Source: a virus (Duplodnaviria > Caudoviricetes). From it: 33,419 nt of DNA. The DNA is taken from IMG/VR virus record IMGVR_UViG_3300037524_000670, positions 1 through 33,419 of that record; one strand, given 5' to 3'. A program made the translations under genes and the position numbers. The first letter of the stretch is position 1; the number at the start of each line of letters is the position of its first letter. The notes beneath the pieces are model-generated. The model was given only the letters and a program-made list of their open reading frames with translations, searched no databases and was not told the DNA's origin. Below are positions 25,920 to 33,419 of this stretch, piece after piece.

Positions 25920-26359
25920 GCCGGCACCCACTCGCCGCCGCTGTTGTAACGGCCGCGCCACTGCCCGAACTCCAGCGGCAGGGTGTTGCTGTGGTTCGTG
26001 TAGAGCCACTCAGAGCCCGCGAACGGGCCGCCGGTGAGGATCACCTTCAGCAGCGGATCCGGCCGCTTGTAGGAGCGCTTGAGGGCCTCCAGCGTGCTCT
26101 TGATGCGCGCCCGCCGGTCGACCTCGACCCAGATCCCGGTCCCGGTGTAGTCGCCGTGCCGGATCACGACCGAGCCGCCGCCGGACTCGATGCTGAACAT
26201 CAGGTCGCCACGGCGCATCCGCACCGGGTCGGTCGTGACGGTGCCGTACAGCACCGCCAGATCGCGCGCAGGCCTGCGGTGGTCGTAGTTGACCCGGATC
26301 TTCGCGCCGGGCTTGATGTCCCGCCGCGAGGCGGGGACGAACAGTCGCTTACTCATCAT
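25916..26359 (-). CDS. Hypothetical early protein
   Basis: 147 aa, GAGGAG RBS. Confidence 0.55.
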   Translation of the reverse strand: MMSKRLFVPASRRDIKPGAKIRVNYDHRRPARDLAVLYGTVTTDPVRMRRGDLMFSIESGGGSVVIRHGDYTGTGIWVEVDRRARIKSTLEALKRSYKRPDPLLKVILTGGPFAGSEWLYTNHSNTLPLEFGQWRGRYNSGGEWVPA

Positions 26360-26912
26360 TGCTCTCCTCGGTGAGATCGTGCCCGCAGCAGGGGCAGCAG
26401 ATCGGGGTCCACTTGCCAGCCATCCGCCACGTCGCGCCGCAGTCGCTGCACTCGTGCTTCAGGTTCCGGGTTGTTTGCTTCTTCCGCGCCGACAGGTCGA
26501 GCGTGCTGTGCGGGTACGGGCCGATAGCTTTGGCGATGCACTGCAGGCTGACCTTCAGGGCGTCGCCAGCGTGGGTGCTGGTGGGCTTGCCTTCGAGCCC
26601 CAGCGCGCGTGCGATCTTCACGAACGGTGCCTTGTGCCCGGACTTGCAGTCGTCGACGGCGTGGCAGAGTTCATGCGTCAGGATGTCGAGCGCAGCGACC
26701 GGGTCGCTGATGCGCGGGCTGATGAAGATCTCGTTCACCTTCGCCGCACTGAAGTGCGTCGGCCAGCACTCGCCGATCCGCTTGCGTGCGCTGCCGCCGC
26801 CGGGCCACGAGCACGAGACCTTCACAGGCGGCAGGGCGTAGCCCGCCGACTTGAAGTTCACCGTCAGGTGCCGGACCCCGGCTTCGAGCCACTCTTCGCG
26901 TGTCATGTTCAT
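26349..26912 (-). CDS. SprT-like zinc metalloprotease with C-terminal Zn ribbon
   Basis: HELCH (HExxH), GHKAPF third ligand, CSDC...CPCC. Confidence 0.8.
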   Translation of the reverse strand: MNMTREEWLEAGVRHLTVNFKSAGYALPPVKVSCSWPGGGSARKRIGECWPTHFSAAKVNEIFISPRISDPVAALDILTHELCHAVDDCKSGHKAPFVKIARALGLEGKPTSTHAGDALKVSLQCIAKAIGPYPHSTLDLSARKKQTTRNLKHECSDCGATWRMAGKWTPICCPCCGHDLTEESNDE

Positions 26913-27091
26913 CACCCGATCATGTTGACGGAGGCGGGGTCGAAGCCGTTGCGGCGCGCGATGGCGGCGGCCTGCGTCCGGTTGTGGGCGTGGACCCGGA
27001 CGAAGAACCGCGCGCCCAGCACCCGGTCCATGTACTCGACCTCGTACAGGTGCCGGGCGGCGGTGTTGCCGTAGGTGTTGTCTGCGTTCAT
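26912..27091 (-). CDS. 59-aa hypothetical protein
   Basis: Not in the track. AAAGGA RBS; MNADNTYGNTAARHLYEVEY...SVNMIG; TGATG overlap. Confidence 0.6.
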   Translation of the reverse strand: MNADNTYGNTAARHLYEVEYMDRVLGARFFVRVHAHNRTQAAAIARRNGFDPASVNMIG

Positions 27092-27146
27092 CGGTGTTCC
27101 TTTCGTGATGGTGTAAGACGGAGTCTGAACCTGTTTGAACGCCGCG

Positions 27147-27782
27147 TCAAGCGAACTTGTCGGCGCAGACCGGACCGATGCCGCGCTCGATGGACTCGGG
27201 GTCGGTCAGGTCACGGCCGCACGAGCAGCAGCGCCCCGACAGCTTGCCGAACTTCATCGCGGCCGCGAGCGGGTTCTCTTCGATGTCGTCGAGCAGCGCG
27301 ATGATGTCGGCGGCGTCGATCCCGGCGGTGCGCAGCCGGGCCGCGAACAGCGAGACCTTGCCGTCTTCGATCTTGCCGACGACGCCGTCGTAGCGGGCGT
27401 GCTTGATCCAGCAGAGCGTGTCCTGATTCTTGCGGGCCAGCGTCACGTCGCCGAGGTAGAAGTGCGAGTGCTTCTGCATCACGGCGAACAGCGACGGCAC
27501 CATCTGCACGGGCACGACCGCCACGGGCGTCGAGCCCGCCTTCGGCTTGCTCCACTCGACCAGCTTCGCGGCGAAGCCCTGCTGCGCCGGGCTGGCGTAG
27601 CTGCCGAAGCGGTTCAGCTTCGCGGCGATGTCGCGGCAGGTCTCGGCCTTGCCGGCGGCGAACGTGTCGCGGCGGGCGGCGAAGCGGTCGGCGGCGGCCA
27701 GCAGGTCGGCGGCGCTGGGGCTGCACTCGGCGGCCTTCGCCTCGCGGATGCTGACGGTCAGGGGGGTGATCTGGAAGGACAT
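27147..27782 (-). CDS. DUF6011-like Zn-ribbon domain protein
   Basis: C-terminal GRCCSCGRDLTDPESIERGIGPVC; GAGGAG RBS. Confidence 0.8.
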   Translation of the reverse strand: MSFQITPLTVSIREAKAAECSPSAADLLAAADRFAARRDTFAAGKAETCRDIAAKLNRFGSYASPAQQGFAAKLVEWSKPKAGSTPVAVVPVQMVPSLFAVMQKHSHFYLGDVTLARKNQDTLCWIKHARYDGVVGKIEDGKVSLFAARLRTAGIDAADIIALLDDIEENPLAAAMKFGKLSGRCCSCGRDLTDPESIERGIGPVCADKFA

Positions 27783-27796
27783 GGCGGTCTCCTCGG

Positions 27797-28009
27797 TTAC
27801 CAGCTATAGCCCATCGCCGTCAGCTTGGCGCGGACCTGTTCGATGATCAGTTCAGCGACATCCGGGCGGGCGCAGGGGCGGCGCATCGAGCGCTCGAACT
27901 CGGCGATGCTCGCCCAGATGTGGTCGTTGATCGAGCCGCCCAGATCGAACTGGGACTTGGCGGTCTCGGCGATGATCTTGACGACGTGCTTGCGGACTTG
28001 CGTGTTCAT
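27797..28009 (-). CDS. Hypothetical early protein
   Basis: ATG 28009 behind AGGAG; first gene after promoter copy 2. Confidence 0.6.
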   Translation of the reverse strand: MNTQVRKHVVKIIAETAKSQFDLGGSINDHIWASIAEFERSMRRPCARPDVAELIIEQVRAKLTAMGYSW

Positions 28010-28035
28010 CTCTATCTCCTGTGCGTTTAAACATC

Positions 28036-28091
28036 CAACAGAACGAATCATACACGATCTGAGAGGTCGTGCCGACCGTTCGTCGGCTGGT
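28036..28091 (-). promoter_or_regulatory. Repeated early promoter, copy 2
   Basis: -35 28075-28070, 17 bp, -10 28052-28047; ACCGTTCGTC 28075-28084; GTTTAAAC just downstream (28025-28032). Confidence 0.8.
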
Positions 28092-28348
28092 CAGACGGCG
28101 TCTGCGGCCCGCAGCAGGGCCAGAACGGCGTTGTAGGTCATGGTCGGGCGCTCCAGCATCGCGGCGCAGACGGCGGCGTGCTGGGCGTCGGTCAGGCCGT
28201 TCTCGGCCTGTGCCCGGCGGAACACGGCGATCAGGTCGACGCGTCCGGCGTCGAAGCGGGTAGCCCAGCGGGAGTAGGCCTCGAAGGCCGCCACGAGGGC
28301 GTAGAACCCCGCGACGGCCACGATGATGCAGGCGGCGAGGTAGACCAT
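28091..28348 (-). CDS. Protein with N-terminal TM helix
   Basis: ATG 28348, GGGAGG RBS; MVYLAACIIVAVAGFYALVAAF. Confidence 0.55.
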   Translation of the reverse strand: MVYLAACIIVAVAGFYALVAAFEAYSRWATRFDAGRVDLIAVFRRAQAENGLTDAQHAAVCAAMLERPTMTYNAVLALLRAADAV

Positions 28349-28953
28349 CAGACGGCCCTCCCTTGCTTGGCGAAGTGCTCGCGCCGGGCGAGGCACTTCG
28401 GGCAGTTGACGTGGCTCCAGTCGGACGTGACCCGGCCCTTCCGGGCACCCATCGCGCTGCCGGCGCACCACTTGCCCCAGCGCTCGCGGTAGAAGTGCAT
28501 GGTCGGGACCTTGCCGGTCTCGATCTGCACCGGGCGGGCGGCGCGGCCGATCCAGTTCGCCACGCTCCAGTCCATCCGGCGGGCCTCCGACGCCATCTGG
28601 TCGGCGTGCTGCTTGATCACGGCGATCTCGTTCCGCAGCGCGCTCCCGGTCAGGGTCACCATCTGCTTCGTGACCTTGTCCGTCCGCTGGAGTTTGATGA
28701 CGCCCGACTCGGCGGCCTCGGCCCTCTCGTGCAGCCGGATCGAGGCCGCGTTCAGGGACTCGACGATGGTCTTGCGTAAGTCGCGGCCCTCGGGCAGGCC
28801 GAAGTGCGGCCGGCGCGAGCCCTCGCAGCGGCCGTAGCGCCAGCCGTAGTCGAGGGTGTAGCCGTGGTCGGCGATCCGGCCGGCGCCGTCGACGGCCTGC
28901 TCACGGCCGCAGCACGAGCACTCGGCGCGGAACTGGGTGCGGGTGGTTGTCAT
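28348..28953 (-). CDS. Hypothetical protein with two Cys/His metal-binding motifs
   Basis: CSCC...HGY...CEGS and WC...CPKC; AAAGGA RBS; first gene after promoter copy 3. Confidence 0.65.
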   Translation of the reverse strand: MTTTRTQFRAECSCCGREQAVDGAGRIADHGYTLDYGWRYGRCEGSRRPHFGLPEGRDLRKTIVESLNAASIRLHERAEAAESGVIKLQRTDKVTKQMVTLTGSALRNEIAVIKQHADQMASEARRMDWSVANWIGRAARPVQIETGKVPTMHFYRERWGKWCAGSAMGARKGRVTSDWSHVNCPKCLARREHFAKQGRAV

Positions 28954-28981
28954 CGTCAGATCCTTTCTGATTGAGCGTTTG

Positions 28982-29036
28982 AACAGCCCGAATCATACAC
29001 GATCTGATGACCTGTGCCGACCGTTCGTCGGCTGGT
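28982..29036 (-). promoter_or_regulatory. Repeated early promoter, copy 3
   Basis: -35 29020-29015, 17 bp, -10 28997-28992; ACCGTTCGTC 29020-29029; GCGTTTGAAC at 28975-28984. Confidence 0.8.
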
Positions 29037-29224
29037 ATGGGCGGTAGTTCTGGGGGGTCTGGGCATTCCCCCCGGCCTTGTTCGCGCGAGGCGGGGGCCG
29101 GGGGGTCTGCTGTTCGCTTGCCAGCGCAGGGGCTGGAGGGCTACAGTGGAGGCCGCGACGCGATCCACAGGCACAGTATAGCCCGTGGGGAAGCGCCTCT
29201 GTCAACCCACAAGGAGAATCGACT

Positions 29225-29530
29225 GTGCGGATCTTCACGAAGCAAGAGCTAGACAACCCACCCCCAGCCAGAGCGCTGCATGTCACCAGTCACGGCGGGC
29301 TGTGCTGCCCGGTCTGCGGCAGCGACATGCTCGCGCTGCTGAAGAGCGCCGACGCGCCCCTGATCACTGTTTTTGACTGCTCTGATTGCGAGCACATCAG
29401 CTTCTTGCTGATGCACCACGCGCTAGACGAGGAGTCGGGGACGAGGGTGCCGGGCACCGTCATCAAGTGGGGTAACTCGTTCGAGGTCCCTGACTGCGTG
29501 CGCAAAGCTCTTCACTCGCAGCAGCCATGA
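29225..29530 (+). CDS. Zn-ribbon protein
   Basis: GTG 29225 behind AAGGAG; CPVC...CSDC; ATGA overlap with primase. Confidence 0.6.
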   Translation: MRIFTKQELDNPPPARALHVTSHGGLCCPVCGSDMLALLKSADAPLITVFDCSDCEHISFLLMHHALDEESGTRVPGTVIKWGNSFEVPDCVRKALHSQQP

Positions 29531-31458
29531 CCTTCGCATCCGACGCGCCCCTGCTCCAGCAGCAGGGCTATCGCGTAACACCCACCAGAGGCAAGGCCGC
29601 GTTCCTTCCAGCGTGGCAGAGCCACCCCATCACTGACGACATCCTCAAGACGCACGGCGAGTGCAACACAGGCATCATCTGCGGTGACGTGCTCGCGGTC
29701 GACGTCGACATCCTGAATCAGGAGGTGATCGACGCGATATACCGCGCATGGAAAACGGAAGGGCACCTCGACAAGTTCAAGCGCGCACCACGCCGCACGG
29801 GACAGGCGCCGAAGACGTTGTTCGTGTTCCGCGCGGCCGAGCCCGGCATGACGAAGAAGGCCGTCAAGCTCTTGCCGCCGGGCGAGATCAAGGCGCAGGG
29901 GATCGAGGTGCTGGCGACCGGGCAGCAGTTCGTTGCGTACGGCGTGCACCCCGACACGAACAAGCCCTACAAGTGGAACGGCGCAGGCGAGCCCCGCTCG
30001 CTGAAGCCCGACGACCTGCCGGCGCTGTCGGCCGAAGAGGTCGATGGCCTTCTCAGGATCGCGTACACGGTGCTGTGCGGCCACGGCTGGTCGACACCCA
30101 CCAGCCAGCGCACGGCAGGCTCCAGCGCGATCCTGACGCGCCCCAAGCCCGTCCCGCTGCAGGTCGAGGGCGCACCCAAGCAGGCGCTCGATGCGCTGGC
30201 CGCCGCCGACCCGGACGACCGCGAGTCGTGGGTCGCTGTCGGGCACGCACTGAAGCAGGCCGAGCGCGATGGCGAGACATGGGCCGAGGATGCGTGGCTC
30301 GCGTGGTCGCAGCAGTCGAGCAAGTGGCGCGAGCGTGACCGCAGGCAGTGGTCGAGCTTCCACCCGACCAGCACCAGCATCAGCGTGCTCTACAAGGCCA
30401 CAGGCGTGTCACCGTTCGACGCCGTCGACGTCAGCGAGCCGGCCAGCAAGCCCTCTCTCGCGCGTCCGCTGGGCGATGCCGAGGACTTTGACTTCGATGT
30501 CGTCTATCACCTGATCGACAACGTGCTGCCCGTTGGCGGGCTCACGATGCTGTGGGGCGAGAGCACCGCAGGGAAATCCTTCCTCGCGCTCGACTGGGCG
30601 CTGCACCTTGTCTACGGCCTGCCGTGGCACGGCCACAAGGTCAGGCCCGGCCGGGTGTTCTACATGGCTGGCGAGGGCGAGGTCGGGCTCAAGAAGCGCG
30701 TGGTGGCGTGGCGCAAGCACCGCAACATCGCCGAGCCCACAGGCACGCGCTTTGCCATCCACAACCTGAAGCACGTCACTGCGTTCGAGTCGCTCGACAT
30801 GGACGCGTACTCGGTGCCGCCGTGCGACCTGATCGTGGTCGACACCCTCAACCGATGGAGTCAGGGCAACGAGAACGCCAGCGACGAGATGGGGCACTGG
30901 CTGCGCATCGCGCAGCAACTGAGTGACAAGGCCGGCGGCGCGGCGGTGCTGATCGTGCACCACGCACGCAAGGACGGCGACCAGTACCGGGGCTCGACAG
31001 CGATCAAGGCCGCAGTGGATGCGGAGTTCGAGATAAGCGGCGACCAGACGCACGTCCTGATCACGCACCGCAAGAGCAAGGACGAGGAGATGCTGCCGCC
31101 GATGACGCTGATGAAGCGCGTTGTGCAGATCGGCATGAAGGACGACGGCTTCGGTGGCACGAAGATGCACACCTCGCTGGTGTTCGAGCAGCCCACAGAC
31201 GACGAGGAGAACAACGTGGCCGATGAACTGGCAGACCGCATCATCACGGCGTTGCGGCGCGTGCACGGCGAGTGCGGCAGCCAGAACCAACTGGTGGAAC
31301 TGGTGAAGGGCAAGAAGGCGCTGGTGCACGCCAAGATCAAGGAACTGATCGACCGCAAGGTGATCGAGCGGGTGGGGCGCTACGGGCTGCGGCTGCTCGT
31401 TTTCAGCCCGGTGGAGCCGGGAACCACCCCGGATGGGGAGGATTCGATATGGGACTGA
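29527..31458 (+). CDS. Primase-polymerase (Prim-Pol/PriCT-2) fused to RepA-like AAA_25 helicase
   Basis: AVDVD catalytic motif, YGVHPDTNKPYKW, W..VG.ALK PriCT-2, Walker A GESTAGKS, Walker B IVVDT, IVHHARK..RGSTA. Confidence 0.88.
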   Translation: MTFASDAPLLQQQGYRVTPTRGKAAFLPAWQSHPITDDILKTHGECNTGIICGDVLAVDVDILNQEVIDAIYRAWKTEGHLDKFKRAPRRTGQAPKTLFVFRAAEPGMTKKAVKLLPPGEIKAQGIEVLATGQQFVAYGVHPDTNKPYKWNGAGEPRSLKPDDLPALSAEEVDGLLRIAYTVLCGHGWSTPTSQRTAGSSAILTRPKPVPLQVEGAPKQALDALAAADPDDRESWVAVGHALKQAERDGETWAEDAWLAWSQQSSKWRERDRRQWSSFHPTSTSISVLYKATGVSPFDAVDVSEPASKPSLARPLGDAEDFDFDVVYHLIDNVLPVGGLTMLWGESTAGKSFLALDWALHLVYGLPWHGHKVRPGRVFYMAGEGEVGLKKRVVAWRKHRNIAEPTGTRFAIHNLKHVTAFESLDMDAYSVPPCDLIVVDTLNRWSQGNENASDEMGHWLRIAQQLSDKAGGAAVLIVHHARKDGDQYRGSTAIKAAVDAEFEISGDQTHVLITHRKSKDEEMLPPMTLMKRVVQIGMKDDGFGGTKMHTSLVFEQPTDDEENNVADELADRIITALRRVHGECGSQNQLVELVKGKKALVHAKIKELIDRKVIERVGRYGLRLLVFSPVEPGTTPDGEDSIWD

Positions 31459-31618
31459 CTGGTTCCCGAGGCGGGAACCACCCCTACAGAGGGAGAAACG
31501 GGGGTGGTTCCCGGTGGTTCCCGGTGGTTCCCGGAACCAGTGCAACAGGTGGTTCCCCGGTTCCCGCGCTTTATAGCGGGAACCGGGGAACCGGGCACCA
31601 CCCAAAAAGAAAGGAACC
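31419..31618. repeat. Iteron cluster / putative replication origin
   Basis: About 12 copies of GGTTCC(C)/(G)GGAACC in both orientations, including 3 x 10-bp tandem GGTGGTTCCC and a 17-bp perfect inverted repeat (31551-31592). Confidence 0.75.
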
Positions 31619-31623
31619 GTCGG

Positions 31624-31652
31624 TTGCGCCCTGCCCGACGCGGGCGTAGAGT
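31624..31652 (+). promoter_or_regulatory. Putative sigma70-type promoter for the packaging/late operon
   Basis: TTGCGC-17 bp-TAGAGT, about 30 bp upstream of the terS start. Confidence 0.55.
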
Positions 31653-31683
31653 GCGCGGCATCGACACAACGAGGAACAGGAAA

Positions 31684-31950
31684 GTGCCACGCTCGAAAGC
31701 ACTTAACGAAGTCGGCGAACTGCTGAAGCGCGAGCAGACCGCTGCCCGCGCGAGAATCCAAGCGGGCAAGATCATCGAGCGCGTTGCGAAGATCTCCGCT
31801 GGCGAGATCGTCGGCGACCCGCAGGTGCTCGGCGTGCAGCTTCGCGCGAGCGAACTTCTGCTGCGTAAGGCGCTGCCTGATCTCTCCAGTGTCGAGATGA
31901 CGGGCGAGGCCGGCGGCCCGCTCACGATCACGATCAAGAAGATTGCGTGA
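31684..31950 (+). CDS. terS: Terminase small subunit (putative)
   Basis: GTG 31684 behind GAGGA/AGGA; LLRKALPDLSSVEMTGEAGGPL C-terminal motif; upstream of terL. Confidence 0.65.
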   Translation: MPRSKALNEVGELLKREQTAARARIQAGKIIERVAKISAGEIVGDPQVLGVQLRASELLLRKALPDLSSVEMTGEAGGPLTITIKKIA

Positions 31951-32162
31951 GCGTGCTCCAGTTCTTCGTGCGGCCGACGATCTACTGCCGTGTCTGCGGC
32001 AGCGTCACCGTCAGCAGCGAGATCGACAAGGATGCCCGCACCATCGAGTGCTTCGAGCAGACGTGCTCGCAGTTCAAACGCAAGGCGCGCATCATCGACC
32101 AGCACCTCCTGATGTTCGAGCAGCCGAGTGATCTGGTGCTCGACCCGCATGGCAACCATTGA
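31947..32162 (+). CDS. Small Zn-ribbon protein
   Basis: GTGA overlap; CRVC...C....C. Confidence 0.5.
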   Translation: MSVLQFFVRPTIYCRVCGSVTVSSEIDKDARTIECFEQTCSQFKRKARIIDQHLLMFEQPSDLVLDPHGNH

Positions 32163-33419
32163 GCTACCGAACGGCTACACGCCGCGCGAGCTAGGCCAGA
32201 AGAGCGCGATGCGCTACTTCGACAACGGCGGCCTGCGTGGCGTGTACTGCTGGCCCCGTCGCTATGGCAAGGACCTGACCTTCGTGCACCAGACGTGCAA
32301 GGCGATGCACGAGCGGCGCGGCATGTACCTACACATGCTGCCGAATCACAAGCAGGCACGCAAGGTGATCTGGGACGGCTTCGACAACGACGGCCGCCGC
32401 ATCATCGACACGGTCTTCCCGCCCGAGATCCGCGAGAGCAAGAACGAGACCGAGATGAAGATCGTGCTCAAGTGCGGCTCGCTGTGGCAACTGGTGGGCT
32501 CGGACTACTACGACAGCATCGTCGGCGCGAACCCCATCGGCCTCGTGATGAGCGAGGCCGCGCTCAGTGACCCGCGCGCATGGAACTACTTCCGCCCGAT
32601 GATGGCGGGCAACGGTGGCTGGGCGAGCTTCATCAGCACACCGCGCGGCCGCAACTGGTTCTATTCGCTGCTGCAGTACGCGAAGAGCGATCCGATGTGG
32701 GACTGGTCGCATCTGACTGCGTATGACACGCAGCACATCCCGCCGCACGTCCTCGAAGACGAGCGCAAGCAGATGCCCGATGAACTGTTCCGTCAGGAGT
32801 ACCTGTGCGACTTCAGCGCCGCCAACATCGGCGCGATCTTCGGCAAGTACATGGAGGCCGCCGAGCGCGAGGGACGCATCGTCGAGGCCCTGCCGCCTGA
32901 TCCGATGGCGTCGCTGATCATCAGCAGCGACATCGGCTACCGCGACAAGGCCGCGTTCTGGTGGTGGCGCGTGATGCGTGGCGGGTTCGAGCTTGTCGAC
33001 TACGACGAGGGCACGGGGCTCGATGCGGAGGAGTGGATCGAGCGCCTGCGCAACGACCACCCGCGCGCCGAGCGGATCTACCTGCCGCACGACGCGAAGG
33101 TGAAGACCTTCCAGTCGCGTCACAGCGTGGTCGAGCAGTTCCTGAAGGCGAACATCGCGGGCGACATCATCGTGAACCCGCAGCGCAAGAAGAAGGACAG
33201 CATCAACGCCGGCCGCATGGTGCTGAAGTCGGTCCGCTTCGACGCCGCCAAGTGCGCGGTCGGGATCGAGGCACTGCACGCGTACCACTACAAGTACGAC
33301 GAGGAGCAGAAGACCTTCAGCAGCGAGCCCGAGCACGACTGGAGTTCGCACGCCGCCGATGCCTACATGGAGGGCGCGAGCGCGCTGCAGGACTACGTCG
33401 CACCCCCTGCACCGCCGAA
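32149..33419 (+). CDS. terL: Terminase large subunit (runs off the window end)
   Basis: Open from ATG 32149 to the end, so absent from the track. Walker A WPRRYGKD, Walker B LVMSE, ISTPRG, FRQEYLCDF, RNase H-like DIGYRD, LPHDA, HDWSSHAADA. Confidence 0.92.
   Translation, partial: MATIELPNGYTPRELGQKSAMRYFDNGGLRGVYCWPRRYGKDLTFVHQTCKAMHERRGMYLHMLPNHKQARKVIWDGFDNDGRRIIDTVFPPEIRESKNETEMKIVLKCGSLWQLVGSDYYDSIVGANPIGLVMSEAALSDPRAWNYFRPMMAGNGGWASFISTPRGRNWFYSLLQYAKSDPMWDWSHLTAYDTQHIPPHVLEDERKQMPDELFRQEYLCDFSAANIGAIFGKYMEAAEREGRIVEALPPDPMASLIISSDIGYRDKAAFWWWRVMRGGFELVDYDEGTGLDAEEWIERLRNDHPRAERIYLPHDAKVKTFQSRHSVVEQFLKANIAGDIIVNPQRKKKDSINAGRMVLKSVRFDAAKCAVGIEALHAYHYKYDEEQKTFSSEPEHDWSSHAADAYMEGASALQDYVAPPAPP

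Noticed and set aside
25608-29036. Repeats as a CRISPR array
   Set aside because: Only three copies, 0.9-2.4 kb apart, separated by whole genes, each with promoter geometry.
31504-31683. N-terminal extension of terS through the iterons
   Set aside because: It merely translates the repeats; a promoter and RBS support GTG 31684.
1177-32080. Other one-mismatch GTTTAAAC-like words (e.g. GTTTACAC near 1178 and 12179, GTTCAAAC at 20912 and 32072)
   Set aside because: They lie in coding sequence and are plausible by chance, so I did not count them without a position-weight-matrix scan.
30409-33351. Minus-strand ORFs 30409..31761 and 32329..33351
   Set aside because: Shadows of the primase-helicase and terL, which carry clear catalytic motifs on the plus strand.
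1-33419. tRNA, rRNA, integrase/att site, DNA-modification genes, alternative genetic code
   Set aside because: None recognised; genes read normally with TAA, TAG and TGA as stops.

Overview
Most of the genome of a GC-rich (about two-thirds GC by eye) short-tailed (podovirus-like) dsDNA phage, probably of a proteobacterial host. It reads from the major capsid gene to the middle of the large terminase; portal and scaffold genes are presumably just outside the window. Plus strand 2-14.9 kb: capsid, virion and tail proteins, a GNAT protein, ejection proteins and tail fibres. Minus strand 14.8-29 kb: small membrane and secreted proteins, a Cro-like HTH, SNF2 helicase, VRR-NUC, family A DNA polymerase (Leu762 type), DUF2815 SSB, DUF2800 nuclease and about 16 small early genes. 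Plus strand 29.2-33.4 kb: Zn-ribbon ORF, primase-polymerase/helicase, an iteron-rich putative origin, terS and terL. I see no integrase, endolysin, tRNA or CRISPR array. The most striking signals are cis-regulatory. (1) Three near-identical ~56-bp early promoters (TCGGCA-17-TATGAT) carry a perfect ACCGTTCGTC box, the core site of the Pseudomonas LytTR regulator AlgR, overlapping their -35. (2) Six exact copies of the AT-rich palindrome (C)GTTTAAAC are spread over the genome: on the start codon of the Cro-like gene, at promoters, and inside genes where they force rare codons. Together these suggest a host-activator plus phage-repressor (stoperator-like) circuit. Functional calls come from motif recognition only; no searches were run.
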